A stretch of 64,000 bases of DNA. Source: Acidobacteriota bacterium. GTDB lineage: Bacteria; Acidobacteriota; Terriglobia; Terriglobales; SCQP01. The position numbers were made by a program, and so were the translations under genes. The notes below the pieces were generated by a model. It saw only the letters and a program-made list of their open reading frames with translations, was not told the DNA's origin and ran no database searches. Every line of letters begins with the position of its first letter. Position 1 is the stretch's first letter. The DNA is taken from assembly GCA_027451805.1 (NCBI GenBank), contig DAIDIF010000216.1, forward strand, positions 41,583 to 105,582, written 5' to 3'. Below, piece after piece: positions 63,630 to 64,000 of the stretch.

Positions 63630-64000
63630 ATGGCGCCTCTGCTCACCCCTGTTGCCCCTTTGTCCCCCGCCGAACTGGCGCGCGCGCGCCATTACCTTTA
63701 CGGCGGCTTGGTCTGGGGCACCCTGGCCCAGCTCTGGACCCTCGCCCTGCTCGCTTTCGCCTACTACGGCGGCATGGCCGCCCGCCTCGCCGCCTGGGCA
63801 CGAGGCCATCACGGCGCTGCCCGCCCCGCCCGCGAAACCGCCGCCGTCACCGCGGGCGTCTTCGCTTTCGTGCTGCTGCTCGGCCTGCCCTGGGATCTGT
63901 ACCTCGGGTTCTTCCGCGAACGCGCCTTCGGCTTCGAGCACCTGACGCTCGCGGCTTGGCTCGCCCAATGGGCCGAATCGGCGCTGGTCTATGTGGCGGC
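63630..64000 (+). CDS. M48 (Ste24/HtpX-like) metallopeptidase, N-terminal membrane part (gene runs off the window end)
   Basis: Not in the ORF track because no stop lies inside the window. ATG at 63630. Translation MAPLLTPVAPLSPAELARARHYLYGG..LLLGLPWDLYLGFFRERAFGFEHLTLAAWLAQWAES resembles the Peptidase_M48_N region (lP...Y..F..E.rFGFN..T). The HExxH motif would lie beyond the window. Confidence 0.55.
   Translation, partial: MAPLLTPVAPLSPAELARARHYLYGGLVWGTLAQLWTLALLAFAYYGGMAARLAAWARGHHGAARPARETAAVTAGVFAFVLLLGLPWDLYLGFFRERAFGFEHLTLAAWLAQWAESALVYVA

Noticed and set aside
1-64000. Scan for CRISPR arrays, long direct or inverted repeats, IS elements, integrases and phage or defence gene hallmarks.
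   Set aside because: Nothing of the kind was visible by eye. The only repeats are codon-level low-complexity tracts such as (AGCACC)4, GCC runs and GP/GS tails, and the tandem TonB duplication. A computational repeat search would be needed to exclude short dispersed repeats.

Overview
Dense, very GC-rich (by eye about two-thirds G+C or more; not computed) bacterial chromosomal segment. It carries about 60 protein-coding genes on both strands, with short intergenic gaps and frequent 3-4 nt start/stop junctions. The content is overwhelmingly housekeeping. It includes the 5' end of a flagellar operon (flhA-fliA-fliM), pepA, smpB, ispH, tkt, priA, an HU/IHF-like gene, ssb, der, ileS-lspA-lgt-rluD, accB-accC-thiE, trxB, a cyclophilin and pgsA. 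Interleaved with these are envelope, secretion and transport genes: a secretin with two pseudopilins, two tandem TonB-like genes, GT4/GT2/GT87-like glycosyltransferases, two DedA proteins, two APC permeases, an MFS transporter, M23, M50, rhomboid and S41-like proteins, a VWA protein, a DUF4097 protein and a YVTN lipoprotein. This repertoire suggests an Acidobacteriota-like Gram-negative organism, but that is inference only. I found no rRNA, tRNA, CRISPR array, transposase/integrase or obvious defence island, so this looks like an ordinary core region rather than an accessory island. The observations I consider most worth a second look are: (1) a secretin fused to TPR repeats and a C-terminal cohesin-like domain, followed only by two pseudopilins; (2) an S41 (Ctp-like) peptidase homologue in which both residues of the Ser/Lys dyad appear substituted, next to a small secreted triple-CxC protein and a divergent MocR-type regulator; (3) a candidate about 135-nt sRNA or leader with a TG-TATAAT promoter and a near-perfect intrinsic terminator. 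There are also several smaller oddities: a PIN-toxin relic, an RskA-like protein without an anti-sigma domain, an M23 peptidase with NxH instead of HxH, and unannotated micro-ORFs. The many long ORFs antisense to, or out of frame with, recognised genes are treated as high-GC artefacts. All family assignments are by eye from motifs, not from database searches.
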